Positions 10,225 through 20,864 of a stretch of DNA of 64,000 bases are shown piece after piece; the first letter of the stretch is position 1; every line of letters starts with the position of its first letter. The stretch lies in the NCBI GenBank assembly GCA_963699155.1, contig OY969414.1, positions 939,757 to 1,003,756 on the forward strand, given 5' to 3'. The position numbers and the translations under genes are program-made. This DNA comes from an uncultured Chlamydiales bacterium. GTDB taxonomy: Bacteria > Chlamydiota > Chlamydiia > Chlamydiales > JAAKFR01. A model generated the notes under the pieces. It was given only the letters and a program-made list of their open reading frames with translations. It had not been told where the DNA came from and searched no databases.

Positions 10225-12051
10225 ATGTGTGGAATTTTTTGTTATCTAGGACCTCGAAATGCCATTTCCATCGTGTTGGAAGGGCTGCATAAGCTGGAAT
10301 ATCGGGGTTATGATTCTGCTGGAGTGGCCACGATCAAAGAGGGGAAATTACTCTATGATAAAGAGGTCGGAAAAGTCGACCGCCTCGAAGAAGCTGTTCT
10401 AGGCAAAAGATGGGATACACACATCGCCATCGCCCATACCCGTTGGGCCACTCATGGCAAACCGACACAGGCCAATGCCCACCCCCATTTTGATCAGGAG
10501 ATGAAGTGTGCCGTTGTCCACAACGGGATTATCGAGAATCATGATGTGCTGCGTAGACTTCTCGAAAAACGGGGCATTCAATTCCGTTCAGAGACCGATA
10601 CGGAAGTTATCTCTCAACTGATAGGCTACCTTTATAAAGGGAATTTCCTGCGTGCTGTACAACGTGCTCTCCCATTGTTGCAAGGGGCTTTTGCGATCGC
10701 TGTCATCCATCAAGAACATCCTGAAGAGATCATCTGCGCAGCAAAAGAGAGCCCGCTCGCTATTGGTATCGGACAGGGCGAGATGTTCATCGCCTCAGAT
10801 TCCAATGCCTTTTTGAAATATACCAAAAGGGTGACCTATCTCCATAGTTCCGAGGTGGCCCACATCACAAAAAATGGCGTACAAGCCTTTGACGCCCATT
10901 TAGCCCCTATTTTTAAAGAGAGCGAGCAGCTCGATCTTCAGTCTGAAGAGATCGACAAAGGCTCTTTTAAACATTTCATGCTGAAAGAGATTTTTGAGCA
11001 GCCCCAGACCATCCAGAATGCCCTTTTAGCTAGATTCAGCGAACAGTATGGAACAGCCACTTTGGATGGCCTCCACTTCACCGATGAGGAGCTGCTCAGA
11101 ATCCAGCGCATCGTCATTCTCGCTTGTGGGACCTCGCTGCATGCGGGCATGTTGGCCTCATATATGTTTGAAGAGAATGCCCGAATCCCTGTTCAAGTCG
11201 AGATCTCATCTGAATTTCGATACAAAAACCCGATCGTCCTCGACAATACTCTGGCGATAGCCATCAGCCAGTCGGGTGAAACAGCCGATACCTTGGCAGC
11301 CATGCGTGAACTGCGTGAAAAAGGCGCAAAAATCTTAGGAATCTGCAACGTACAAGGCTCCACAATGGCGCGAGAAGTGGATAGCTGCCTCTTCTTAAGA
11401 GCTGGTGCTGAAATCGGTGTCGCCGCTACAAAAAGTTTTCTCAGCCAGATTGTGCTTCTTGCGCTTCTCAATCTCCGCTTCGCTCGCATGCGCCAGATGA
11501 GTCAGCAAGAGGGACGACTCTTTATTGAAGCTCTGACCCAACTGCCCTCACAAGTTTACTCTGTTTTACAGCTGAACGAAAAAATCCACCAGATCGCTGT
11601 CAAGTATGCCCATTATGAAAACTTCTTCTTTCTCGGACGCCGCTTTATGTATCCCACGGCTTTGGAAGGGGCTCTCAAATTGAAAGAGATCGCCTATGTG
11701 AACGCGAATGGCTACCCCGCAGGAGAGATGAAACATGGACCGATCGCGCTCATCAACCCCAACTGCCCCACTGTGGCCTTCTGCAGTGACTCAGTCACCT
11801 CTACCAAGATTTTGAGCAATCTGATGGAGGTCAAAGCACGTGGGGGACCAATCATCGCGATCGCTCCCGAAGGCATGCCAGAGGTCGATTCGATCGCCGA
11901 CGATCTCATTTGGGTGCCCCAGACTATCGACGAACTAGCCGCCGTCCCTTCCACAGTGGCGGGACAGCTCTTTGCCTATCACTTCGCCTCTCTCCGGGAA
12001 GCCGAGATCGACCAGCCGCGCAATCTGGCGAAATCGGTTACGGTCGAATAA
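10225..12051 (+). CDS. glmS: Glutamine--fructose-6-phosphate aminotransferase
   Basis: MCGI N-terminus, HTRWATHG, SQSGETADT, PRNLAKSVTVE. Confidence 0.98.
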   Translation: MCGIFCYLGPRNAISIVLEGLHKLEYRGYDSAGVATIKEGKLLYDKEVGKVDRLEEAVLGKRWDTHIAIAHTRWATHGKPTQANAHPHFDQEMKCAVVHNGIIENHDVLRRLLEKRGIQFRSETDTEVISQLIGYLYKGNFLRAVQRALPLLQGAFAIAVIHQEHPEEIICAAKESPLAIGIGQGEMFIASDSNAFLKYTKRVTYLHSSEVAHITKNGVQAFDAHLAPIFKESEQLDLQSEEIDKGSFKHFMLKEIFEQPQTIQNALLARFSEQYGTATLDGLHFTDEELLRIQRIVILACGTSLHAGMLASYMFEENARIPVQVEISSEFRYKNPIVLDNTLAIAISQSGETADTLAAMRELREKGAKILGICNVQGSTMAREVDSCLFLRAGAEIGVAATKSFLSQIVLLALLNLRFARMRQMSQQEGRLFIEALTQLPSQVYSVLQLNEKIHQIAVKYAHYENFFFLGRRFMYPTALEGALKLKEIAYVNANGYPAGEMKHGPIALINPNCPTVAFCSDSVTSTKILSNLMEVKARGGPIIAIAPEGMPEVDSIADDLIWVPQTIDELAAVPSTVAGQLFAYHFASLREAEIDQPRNLAKSVTVE

Positions 12052-12099
12052 CTCAAAAGCCATTGAGTTTTTCTTTGGCCCTCTTTACCATTATCATCT

Positions 12100-13311
12100 A
12101 TGGAAAAAGCGATGGATCTCTCACGCGGTGGCACACTTTTTGGAGGGTCGCTGCTGGTTGCTGGAACTGCGATCGGTGGTGGGATGCTCGCCCTGCCTGT
12201 TCTGACGGCTCCTGGGGGCTTTTTTCCTGCTGTTACAATCTATGTTCTCTGTTGGCTCTTTATGGCCTCAACAGGTCTCCTCTTAATGGAGGTCTTTCTC
12301 TGGAGTAAAGAAGAGGTCAACATCGTCTCTATGGCCCGGATGACCTTGGGCAATGGAGGGCGCATTTTTGCCTGGATTCTCTATATTTTTCTTTTTTACT
12401 CACTGACGGTCGCCTATGTATCTGGTGGTGGGGAGCTTGTCGAAGCTATCTTTGAGGGGACGAACCGAGGAAATCTCGAGTTGCCTCCCTGGCTCGGCTC
12501 TGTCATCTTTGTGCTCGTTTTTGCCCCTTTTGTGGCACTCGGAGCGAAGGCGGTCGACCGGGTCAACGTCATCCTCATGACGGGGCTCATCATCTCATTC
12601 TTATTTTTTGTTTTTTTGGGTTTTTCCCATATTGATCTTCAGTTTTTAGCACATTTCGATTGGAGGCTTGCTTTGGCCGCCACCCCTGTCATGTTCACCT
12701 CATTTGGATTTCAGGGCATCGTTCCCACATTGACCAATTATCTCGATCGTAACCCGGATCGCGTCAAAAAGGCGATCCTCTTTGGAAGCGCTCTCCCTTT
12801 AATCGTCTATATCATCTGGGAAGCTCTCATTCTCGGCGTGATCCCGTTTGATGCAATGGAAGCAGCACGCGACTCAGGTCAGTCGGCGGTCGCTCCACTC
12901 AAAAATATTCTTCATCTTCCCTGGCTCTATGTGGTTGGCCAGTTTTTTGCCTTCTTTGCCATCGTCACCTCATTTTTAGGTGTCACGCTGGGACTCCTCG
13001 ACTTTTTGGCAGATGGGCTCAAAGTGCAAAAAACGGGGAGAGGAAGAGCTCTTTTAGCACTGATTATCTTCATCCCTCCTCTGCTCTTGGCCATGTTTAA
13101 CCCTGGCATCTTTCTCTATGCCCTCCACTATGCAGGAGGCCTCGGCTGCGCCCTTCTGCTGGGTCTTCTACCCATCTTAATGGCGTGGAGCGGACGCTAT
13201 AGATTAAAATTAAAAAGTAGCTATTCTCTCCCCGGCGGACGCGTTATACTTCTTATTCTTATTCTCTTTGTGGTTCTGGAATTGGCCCAGATGGTGGTCA
13301 AAATCTACTAA
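12100..13311 (+). CDS. tyrP: Aromatic amino acid (tyrosine/tryptophan) permease
   Basis: LLVAGTAIGGGMLALP, TSFGFQ, TSFLGVTLGL; follows glmS as in Chlamydia. Confidence 0.88.
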   Translation: MEKAMDLSRGGTLFGGSLLVAGTAIGGGMLALPVLTAPGGFFPAVTIYVLCWLFMASTGLLLMEVFLWSKEEVNIVSMARMTLGNGGRIFAWILYIFLFYSLTVAYVSGGGELVEAIFEGTNRGNLELPPWLGSVIFVLVFAPFVALGAKAVDRVNVILMTGLIISFLFFVFLGFSHIDLQFLAHFDWRLALAATPVMFTSFGFQGIVPTLTNYLDRNPDRVKKAILFGSALPLIVYIIWEALILGVIPFDAMEAARDSGQSAVAPLKNILHLPWLYVVGQFFAFFAIVTSFLGVTLGLLDFLADGLKVQKTGRGRALLALIIFIPPLLLAMFNPGIFLYALHYAGGLGCALLLGLLPILMAWSGRYRLKLKSSYSLPGGRVILLILILFVVLELAQMVVKIY

Positions 13312-13405
13312 TTTGTGTATAATCCCACTTTCGTACACTTTCCCCTATTTTTGTCATTTTAGCTGATTTTGGGCCGAGCGTACGGGTACAAAGGAGTTAA
13401 AGAAT

Positions 13406-14119
13406 ATGTTTGACCGACAAGAAATTTTAGATCCACGACAGGCGCAGGCTGTAGGGACCTTTTCTTCCCGAGTCTATGGCTGGATGGCGATCGGTTTGGG
13501 TTTCACTGCTACTATTGCCTACTTTTTGTTCCGCACAGGATTGTTTATCAAATTGATGCCCTTCTGGTGGGTTTTTGCCCTCGGAACCTTCGGTATCGCC
13601 CTGGGATTTAATGTTTCGGTGCAAAGATTTTCTGTGGCAGGCGTCGTCTCCATGTTCTTAGCCTATGCGGGTTTAGAAGGTGTTCTTTTCGGCACGATTC
13701 TCCCTGCTTTTGCAGCTGCCTATGGCGGTCAGGTGATCTGGCTCGCTTTTGCCACAGCTTCTGTGATTTTTCTGCTGGCGATGGGCTACGGTATGTTCAC
13801 GCGCAACGATTTAACCAGCTTAGGGCGTGTTTTAACTTTCGGATTGATTGGTCTGATTGCAGTGAGCTTCCTCTACATGATCCTCTCTTTCTTCATGCAA
13901 CTCACCTTCCTCAGTTTGCTCATCAGCTATCTCGGTCTCATTATCTTCGTCGGCCTGACAGCCTATGATGCCCAGACGATTCGCAGATTCAGTCTACAAG
14001 CCGAAGTCGGCTCCGTCGCATCATACAAGCTTTCGATCGTGATGGCGTTGAAGATGTATATCAATGTGATCATGATTTTCTGGTATCTGCTGAGAATTTT
14101 CTCCTCTAGCAAGCGCTAA
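13406..14119 (+). CDS. yccA: Bax inhibitor-1/YccA family membrane protein
   Basis: 7 TM segments; VYGWMAIGL, GLTAYDAQTI, ALKMYINVI. Confidence 0.88.
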   Translation: MFDRQEILDPRQAQAVGTFSSRVYGWMAIGLGFTATIAYFLFRTGLFIKLMPFWWVFALGTFGIALGFNVSVQRFSVAGVVSMFLAYAGLEGVLFGTILPAFAAAYGGQVIWLAFATASVIFLLAMGYGMFTRNDLTSLGRVLTFGLIGLIAVSFLYMILSFFMQLTFLSLLISYLGLIIFVGLTAYDAQTIRRFSLQAEVGSVASYKLSIVMALKMYINVIMIFWYLLRIFSSSKR

Positions 14120-14179
14120 AAAGCCAAGCAGCGGCCGCTCAGCCGCTCGCAGATTTTTGGCCGCTTAGCCGCTGCAGAT

Positions 14180-15043
14180 TTATTCAAAGAGTGAATCGAC
14201 GAAGGCCTTTGGGTTGAATGACTCAAAGGCCTCAATTTTTTCCCCTGTGCCGATAAAGGCGATCGGGAGGCGCAATTTCTTCTGGATGGCGATGGCGGTT
14301 CCCCCTTTTGCAGTGCCATCCATTTTTGTCAGGATCAGGCCACTTAGGGGAGTGAATTTGTGGAAGATCATCGCCTGCTCGACCCCGTTCTGACCAATGG
14401 TCGCATCTAGCACGAGAAGCGTTTCATGAGGTGATCCTGGAAGGGCTTTGCCGCTGACACGATGAATTTTTTCCAGCTCTTTCATCAGGTCTGTTTTTGT
14501 GTGAAGCCGTCCTGCCGTATCGACAAGAACCAGATCACAACCTCTGCTCTTAGCCGCTTCGATGGCATCAAAAACGACGGCAGCAGGATCGCTTCCATGC
14601 TTCCCTTTAACCATTTCAACGCCAATTTGAGAGGCCCATTTTTCAAGCTGTTCGATCGCCGCCGCACGAAAGGTATCGGCAGCTGCAATCAGCACCTTCT
14701 TGCCTTTGCGTTGAAAATAATAGGCGAGTTTAGCTACCGAGGTGGTTTTTCCATTTCCGTTTACGCCGACGACCAAAATCACGTGGGGCTTCCCCTCAAT
14801 CGCACTGCGTGCGGGCAGTTGATTTAACTCAGCCACTAGGTCTTGCTTAATCTCGGCAAGAATCTCATCGCTTGTCAAGTTGGGTCTCTTTTTGTAGAGA
14901 GAGCGGACCTTATCTGCCAGTAACTGGCTCGTCTCACTACCTAGATCAGCTTGATAGAAGAGCTCTTCGAGCCGCTCGATCGCCTCTTCATCGACCTTGC
15001 CCTGGAAAAGCTCCCGGATCTTTTTGCCTAAAAACTTAAACAT
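14180..15043 (-). CDS. ftsY: Signal recognition particle receptor
   Basis: GVNGNGKTTS, DTFRAAA, DTAGR, TKMDGTAKGG; start MFKFLGKK at 15043. Confidence 0.95.
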   Translation of the reverse strand: MFKFLGKKIRELFQGKVDEEAIERLEELFYQADLGSETSQLLADKVRSLYKKRPNLTSDEILAEIKQDLVAELNQLPARSAIEGKPHVILVVGVNGNGKTTSVAKLAYYFQRKGKKVLIAAADTFRAAAIEQLEKWASQIGVEMVKGKHGSDPAAVVFDAIEAAKSRGCDLVLVDTAGRLHTKTDLMKELEKIHRVSGKALPGSPHETLLVLDATIGQNGVEQAMIFHKFTPLSGLILTKMDGTAKGGTAIAIQKKLRLPIAFIGTGEKIEAFESFNPKAFVDSLFE

Positions 15044-16122
15044 TAGAAATAAATATTCCAATGGACTTGATTGATTAGATTTTGCTCTTGGGGTGTCGTG
15101 GGAGTAAATTTTTCTTCCCCAGATTGGAAACGCCGAAGATGACTCTGAATGATGGATAAATCAATAGCCTTGCATTTAGCTAAATGATTGGCAATCTCCG
15201 CCCCTTTTTTTATGAGCGCCATTTTGTAGTTTTCGTCTCTTGCAGATATTATTTTTGAGTCAAAGAGGAAAGATAAATCATGACTTTCAAGAGCTACTAT
15301 TGGGCTCTCATTATCATGAATATCTAAGAGTGTCACAATCGCCTTCAAGTGGATGCATTTTTCTAATGAAGTCTCAAATCCATAAGCCCAGCTTGGGTGA
15401 ATATGGAGCTCTCTTGTCTCACCGACTTTCATTCCTTTGATGCCATAAGCAAAGCCAGGTATTGTATTATTTAAGTTGAGAACTGTAATTTGGTGATCCA
15501 AACAATGGCCTAATGGCGAAAAGATGCTATATTCTAAGGAAACAAGGGGTCCAGAACATGCAACTTTTCCTTTTCCATTTTTCAGAATTTTGTAGTAGAG
15601 TTTTCCAGGAGTAACACTTTCATAATCTCTCACTTGATCTAAGGAGTGAAAAATACTGTTTGCTTTTTCAAGGTTTGCTTTTCCTTCCAATAATTCTCTG
15701 CGATAAGAAGGAAACCAGGCAAGACGATCCGTCCGTGATTGTGGCACCTCTTTTTTTCCAAATCCATCTATAAAGTAAGTAAGATACTCTGAATCATATT
15801 CTTGAACAGATTCCCAAATGCCCCTTGCTACGACATTGTTGATTTCCTCACTATCAAATTGAAAATAAAATCCCTCTTTATCAGTTGGAACATATTCTTT
15901 TCCAGTTACTTGTTTTAATATGTCTGTTAAAAAAGTAGGGGATTTAAGAAAATATTGAATTTGATCTTGAGCATCCTCCAATTCAGTAATCAGTTTATGA
16001 TTCTCATTTGAATCTTTTAAATAACCAAAAATGAATTCGAGATTCTTTTCTATTAGTTTTTGTGATGATATTATCATTCTATCTTGTAATGTATCGAGCT
16101 CCTGCCTGACAGTCCTATTCAC
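15043..16122 (-). CDS. FKBP-type peptidyl-prolyl isomerase domain protein with N- and C-terminal extensions
   Basis: LYYKILKNGKG, TIPGFAYGIKGMKVGETRELHIHPSWAYG. Confidence 0.75.
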   Translation of the reverse strand: MNRTVRQELDTLQDRMIISSQKLIEKNLEFIFGYLKDSNENHKLITELEDAQDQIQYFLKSPTFLTDILKQVTGKEYVPTDKEGFYFQFDSEEINNVVARGIWESVQEYDSEYLTYFIDGFGKKEVPQSRTDRLAWFPSYRRELLEGKANLEKANSIFHSLDQVRDYESVTPGKLYYKILKNGKGKVACSGPLVSLEYSIFSPLGHCLDHQITVLNLNNTIPGFAYGIKGMKVGETRELHIHPSWAYGFETSLEKCIHLKAIVTLLDIHDNESPIVALESHDLSFLFDSKIISARDENYKMALIKKGAEIANHLAKCKAIDLSIIQSHLRRFQSGEEKFTPTTPQEQNLINQVHWNIYF

Positions 16123-16252
16123 AGTAATACTCTGAACAAAAAAGAGTTAACCAGAACCACTTTTCTCCCGCAAGCAATTTTGAACCCTGTTCACATGTGT
16201 TCTAAAATTTCCCCTATCTTTCCAGTCATTTGCGGAAAAAATGCGGAAAATC

Positions 16253-16633
16253 TTACGAGTTACGCCAGGGAATTAATAAAGGGTCATGGAAACACATAAG
16301 CGCAAAGGATAATAATGGTGCTATGATGCAGCAAAGCAAGGGTAGGCAGCAGAACAAAAACATTTGCCCATACCGTGCACCTATAAAACGCTTATAAATC
16401 AAATAAATGCTAAAGGGCATAGAAAGGGGAATCGTTGCGAAGGCTAACATACAGATTGTCGCTCCAAACGTAGTGACATTATCCGCAGTTAAAGAAAATG
16501 CACCTAGAAAAGGGACATACATCAAAGCAGGAACAAACAATAAAACGTATGCTAGACCAAACAGAATTCCAAAAAACTTTGAAACTTTTCGTATAAGTTG
16601 TGCATCCTTTTTAACATGGCTACTATTTACCAT
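16253..16633 (-). CDS. Small membrane protein (3 TM)
   Basis: Hydrophobic ORF; its likely ATG (16633) overlaps the end of the upstream gene. Confidence 0.6.
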   Translation of the reverse strand: MVNSSHVKKDAQLIRKVSKFFGILFGLAYVLLFVPALMYVPFLGAFSLTADNVTTFGATICMLAFATIPLSMPFSIYLIYKRFIGARYGQMFLFCCLPLLCCIIAPLLSFALMCFHDPLLIPWRNS

Positions 16634-18080
16634 GCTGATACCCATGGATAATTTTTTTGAGAACGTTTTGATAGATGGGGTTAATGAATGCATGTTCAAA
16701 AGTTCCTGATCTATCCTCATCTAGAACGGTCACATTACGTACGCCATGCAGCTTATCGTCATAATACTTTTGTCTTTCCTTCCAATAGGCTTTGATGGCT
16801 TTTTCATCCTGGGATGTCATGTAAACGTCGGCATCATCCTGTATCATTCGAGCGATGACTTGTTCAACCGTGAGCCCAGCTTTAGTTCCTTCATGCAGTT
16901 CCAAAAGAAATAATGCGGGATCGCGGGAGGTTAACCGGGATATAAGATCGCCGGCGCTGAAATAATTATGTGATTCTGGATGTGAAGCGCAGGGAGAGAC
17001 AAGAGCAGCTCCGCCAAATGTAAAAATCCTAATGCGTTGCCTAATGGCTGAAGCTACTCGCTCAAGTGCCCGATGAGCAATTAATGCTCCTTGACTATGG
17101 GTAACCACTACAACAGGAGGTTTGACGTCAGCAAGCGATTGGTCGGAAAGGTCCGCAAGCATTTTAAAAAACTGAGCATAAAACTTAACAGTCTCAGTGT
17201 CATGACCCGATTTTTGCGCAATTGCGTCACCACTACTGCGGATATAGGCATCATTGGTTAGATACCAAACATGTTCACCCCCTGTCATGTTGCAAACTAG
17301 AGTTGCTGAAGCCCGCGCCTTTGCCTGTGTATTGAGAATTCCATTCACGAATCCCCAGATACATTGTCCTTCACTTATCTCCCCAACTTCTTTGACAGCA
17401 TCCTTAAACTCTTTCTCAGCACCGTAATCTTTTTCCGGAAAGCGTATTTGATCGAAATGATGTCCTGGTCTGGACCTTAAATACATTTCTCCATTACTTT
17501 TGTGGACGATAACAGCATCAAGCCTATGAGTCTCAACCCATTTTATGGCCTGATTTTTTGTTAATAAGTCTTCATAACCAGCAAGATAGAATTCAACCTT
17601 CTGTCCGGCAGAATAGAACCTGGCAGTAATCTTAGGGAGTAATGCCACTTGATGCTCATTTTCTGGAGAAAACCCAGCAAGCTTTTGGATTGCCTTCAGG
17701 AGCTTATCGAAATCTTTTGCAGAAAGGGCACGAGGTATGATCTCTGATGAAAAGCCACAAATCGCACATAGTTGGTTTAAGTATTCCTTTGGATTACTTG
17801 GTAGATAGTATCTTGCAATTTCGATAAGAGGCGAGTCAAAATATCTTGTAGAACAAATCCAGGCACGTAACGCATCTTTTCCGATAATCGGGTGAGCAAA
17901 AATAGCATATTGATGGTAGGCGCCAATTGCATTGTAGCCCGTACGATGAAGACTATGAGATAAAAGAAGCCCAGGGTTATTCAATCTCCAGGCAAGGGAG
18001 CCACCCTTAGCCACATATTTGTTATCAAAAGCATCAAAATAGAAGATGATCTCGTCATCATAGCGATAGGCTTTTTTCAA
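16623..18080 (-). CDS. Multidomain protein: NNPG lysozyme-like N-terminus, DUF3892-like middle, alpha/beta-hydrolase (DUF687-like) C-terminus
   Basis: GGSLAWRLNNPG...YAIF; GEMYLRSRPG; GFVNGILNT...THSQG...IFTFGG...GDLIS...EHAF. Confidence 0.65.
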   Translation of the reverse strand: MKKAYRYDDEIIFYFDAFDNKYVAKGGSLAWRLNNPGLLLSHSLHRTGYNAIGAYHQYAIFAHPIIGKDALRAWICSTRYFDSPLIEIARYYLPSNPKEYLNQLCAICGFSSEIIPRALSAKDFDKLLKAIQKLAGFSPENEHQVALLPKITARFYSAGQKVEFYLAGYEDLLTKNQAIKWVETHRLDAVIVHKSNGEMYLRSRPGHHFDQIRFPEKDYGAEKEFKDAVKEVGEISEGQCIWGFVNGILNTQAKARASATLVCNMTGGEHVWYLTNDAYIRSSGDAIAQKSGHDTETVKFYAQFFKMLADLSDQSLADVKPPVVVVTHSQGALIAHRALERVASAIRQRIRIFTFGGAALVSPCASHPESHNYFSAGDLISRLTSRDPALFLLELHEGTKAGLTVEQVIARMIQDDADVYMTSQDEKAIKAYWKERQKYYDDKLHGVRNVTVLDEDRSGTFEHAFINPIYQNVLKKIIHGYQHGK

Positions 18081-18265
18081 AATTTTCCCCTTTCAGCGGC
18101 TTTACAGTAGACTAGAAGTGAAAATTTTATATTTTATTGCACATTCGTTGCAATCGACAAACGCGTATTCCATCTCTTTGATACCCTTGTCATTCATAAA
18201 GATATTTTATTGAAAAAATACCCGCATTTTACATATTCTCCCTCCTTCACAGGGTGTAGGGAATC

Positions 18266-18721
18266 ATGTTTAGAGTATGTGCATTTAGTGGAATTTTAGC
18301 CTTATTGCTATCCTTGACCATCTTATGCCAAGCAAATCAATATGGAGCACACCAAAATTCAATGATAAATGATGAAAAAAAAATGTTCCTAATTCTTTTG
18401 AAGTATATTCAACCACTTGAACGAGTCGATGAGTTAGTGCCAGCTCATGTTGAATTTTTGAAAGCTTGTTATGAGCGTTCTGAATTTATTTTTTCAGGTC
18501 CTCGTATTCCTAGAGTCGGTGGAGTAATCTTAGCCAATTTAGAGTCTTTAGAGGCTGCGTGGGCATTGATAAAAGAAGATCCGTTTTATATTCACCAAAT
18601 TGCTGAATTTGAAGTCATTGAATTTAAGCCATGGATGTATGACTCTCGATTTGAGAGTTTCATAAATGAGCCAAAAAATGATGCATATAATCCAAATAAT
18701 CTGATTCCTACTTCTCATTAA
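18266..18721 (+). CDS. YciI-family protein
   Basis: VDELVPAHVEFL, FSGPRIPRVGGVILA, EDPFY. Confidence 0.8.
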   Translation: MFRVCAFSGILALLLSLTILCQANQYGAHQNSMINDEKKMFLILLKYIQPLERVDELVPAHVEFLKACYERSEFIFSGPRIPRVGGVILANLESLEAAWALIKEDPFYIHQIAEFEVIEFKPWMYDSRFESFINEPKNDAYNPNNLIPTSH

Positions 18722-19168
18722 TTAATCATTTATGAATTTTTGCATTTTCTGGTATGGAATGTTATTTTTAAAAGTGATCTCACCGCAAATTTGGAAGCCA
18801 TTTTTCATATAGAATAAGATTACTTCGATTCTTGAATAACAGTAGATCAATTTAAAAGAATTATTTTTTGCGTATTCCTCACAAAAGGCGACTAACGCTG
18901 ACCCTATTCCTTGCCTTTGGAGCTTTTCTTTTACAGCAACGCGTTGCATTTTTGCGATACCACATTCGGGAACCAAAACAGCAGTGGCACAAAGTTCCTT
19001 TTCCAGATATCCCCCAATGTGAATATAGCCTTTCTCTTCTGCCAGTTCCTCTGATAAAACAAGACCTAAAGGCTTTCTTAAAACTTGTTCTCGTAAAGAC
19101 AGAGCTTGCTTGTATTCATCACTATTGTAAGCTAACACATTGAAAATAAGATTTTTCTTTTCTAACAA
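18722..19168 (-). CDS. GNAT family N-acetyltransferase
   Basis: LREQVLRKPLG, MQRVAV...QRQGIGSAL, FYMKNGF. Confidence 0.85.
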   Translation of the reverse strand: MLEKKNLIFNVLAYNSDEYKQALSLREQVLRKPLGLVLSEELAEEKGYIHIGGYLEKELCATAVLVPECGIAKMQRVAVKEKLQRQGIGSALVAFCEEYAKNNSFKLIYCYSRIEVILFYMKNGFQICGEITFKNNIPYQKMQKFIND

Positions 19169-19359
19169 ACTGTTTTACCTTCAATGACATTGCGTAATAT
19201 GCTTGAATAGGATTATGCAGAAATTAAACAAAAGGGGCTTTTTTTTCCAGAATGAGCGACATGGATCTCTGTGGGCACATACCCTAGACAATTTGGGATT
19301 TTTTAGTGGCTTTGCAGATTTCTACTTAACCGTGATAATATGGAAAATTCGTGACAAAA

Positions 19360-20412
19360 TTACACGTCGTCTTGCTGAACTACCTCCCTGTTTGACATAA
19401 GCTTATTAAGGGCATCGCGCAACTCTTCTTCAGAATGCATTAATTCTCCCAATTGTCGTTGTTCTTCGAATTTAACATATTCGTTAAGTGCAAGTTCTTT
19501 AGCCATCTCCGCTGAAATTTTTCCAGCATGAGTTAAAATTTTTTCATCATTTAGCTGAAGAAAGGCATCTAATTTGGTTTTCCAATCGGCCATATACATT
19601 ATCTTACGCTGTCTAGCTTGCCGTTCAGCAAAGTCCAAATATTGGCTAACAAGAAGTTCTAAATCTTTAATTTCTTCATGATGTAAATAATTTTTCGCAA
19701 TTTCAACATCACCTTTAGCTAATTTTTTTCCTCTGCTAGCTCCATCCCAAGTGGTTAATCCCATATTGGGCAAGGAAGCATTGGCTCTTCCATGAATAAT
19801 TTCAGCAGCGGTCAAACCTGTAACAGCGTATAGTAGCTTATTTTGTACAGTCTTAAAGAATTCTTGTGTCAGGGAATGTTTGACATCATAATCAGCGCTT
19901 AAAGTGTAAATATCCCGAATTTTTTGATAGAATCGTTTCTCGGATGCCCGAATAGTCCGAATACGATCGAGTAGTTCATCAAAATAGTCCATTCCTCCAG
20001 GTTTACTTAAACGTTCATCATCTAGTGCAAAGCCTTTAACAATATATTCTTGTAAACGTTCAGTCGCCCATTGGCGGAATTGTATCCCTCTATGGGATCG
20101 CACGCGATAACCAACAGCTAAAATCATTTTTAGGTCATAAAAATCCATCTCGCGAAAAACCTGGCGAGTTCCCTCCGTTTGAACTATTCGATATTTTCGA
20201 ATAGTTGCCTGTGGTTGAAGCTCTCCTTCTTTATAAATTTCCTTTATGTGGTAATTTATGGTGTTTACAGCAACTCCAAAAAGCTCAGCTAGCAGTTTTT
20301 GAGTCAACCATACCGATCCATCTTGAAGTCGAACCTCAATACGTTGGCGACCGTCTTCAGTTTGATAAAGTAGAATCTGACTTTGATTCATCGTGCGTTC
20401 ATTAGCTGACAT
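19360..20412 (-). CDS. rhuM: RhuM-family (virulence RhuM) DNA-binding protein
   Basis: VWLTQKLLAELF, ILAVGYRVRS...FRQWAT, DYFDELLDRIRTIRASEKRFYQKIRDIY, NMGLT. Confidence 0.9.
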   Translation of the reverse strand: MSANERTMNQSQILLYQTEDGRQRIEVRLQDGSVWLTQKLLAELFGVAVNTINYHIKEIYKEGELQPQATIRKYRIVQTEGTRQVFREMDFYDLKMILAVGYRVRSHRGIQFRQWATERLQEYIVKGFALDDERLSKPGGMDYFDELLDRIRTIRASEKRFYQKIRDIYTLSADYDVKHSLTQEFFKTVQNKLLYAVTGLTAAEIIHGRANASLPNMGLTTWDGASRGKKLAKGDVEIAKNYLHHEEIKDLELLVSQYLDFAERQARQRKIMYMADWKTKLDAFLQLNDEKILTHAGKISAEMAKELALNEYVKFEEQRQLGELMHSEEELRDALNKLMSNREVVQQDDV

Positions 20413-20588
20413 ATCTTTAGTATCGTTTTACTTGTAATGTCTCGAATTGCGAACCAAGCAAAAAGTATACCCTGGATCAACCATAAAGGCAATGAGATGG
20501 TCACCATCCATTTGTTTGCGTTGGCTGATTGCAATGCCGCGGACGTCCGCGGACGGGAACATGCCTAAGGATTGTTTGCAGTCACAAA

Positions 20589-20864
20589 TCAGTCATAATT
20601 GAATTTGTGTAAAATATCTTTACTATGCCTGATTAACTCCATTGCAGCCTTATGCATTGCCAGTGCTTCCTTTGTATTGCCGCCATGTTTCAAAACGGCT
20701 TGGCGCGAACGTTCCCTCCCAACTGCCGTTTTCGGACCATGGGCAGTACCTCCATGCATATGGCATGTATTTCTCCCACGCACTGCCCACTTTAGACATC
20801 GTTGTTTCGATCGCTTACTTTTCGCTGTACACTGCATCAATGATCCATGGGGTTCAATTCTCAT
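20589..20864 (-). CDS. HGGxSTG-domain protein (mobile-element/phage associated)
   Basis: CTAKSKRSKQRC...GRNTCHMHGGTAHGPKT...AVLKHG. Confidence 0.75.
   Translation of the reverse strand: MRIEPHGSLMQCTAKSKRSKQRCLKWAVRGRNTCHMHGGTAHGPKTAVGRERSRQAVLKHGGNTKEALAMHKAAMELIRHSKDILHKFNYD

Noticed and set aside
19190..19230. Possible dif/Xer site
   Set aside because: Only partial resemblance; arm and spacer geometry do not fit
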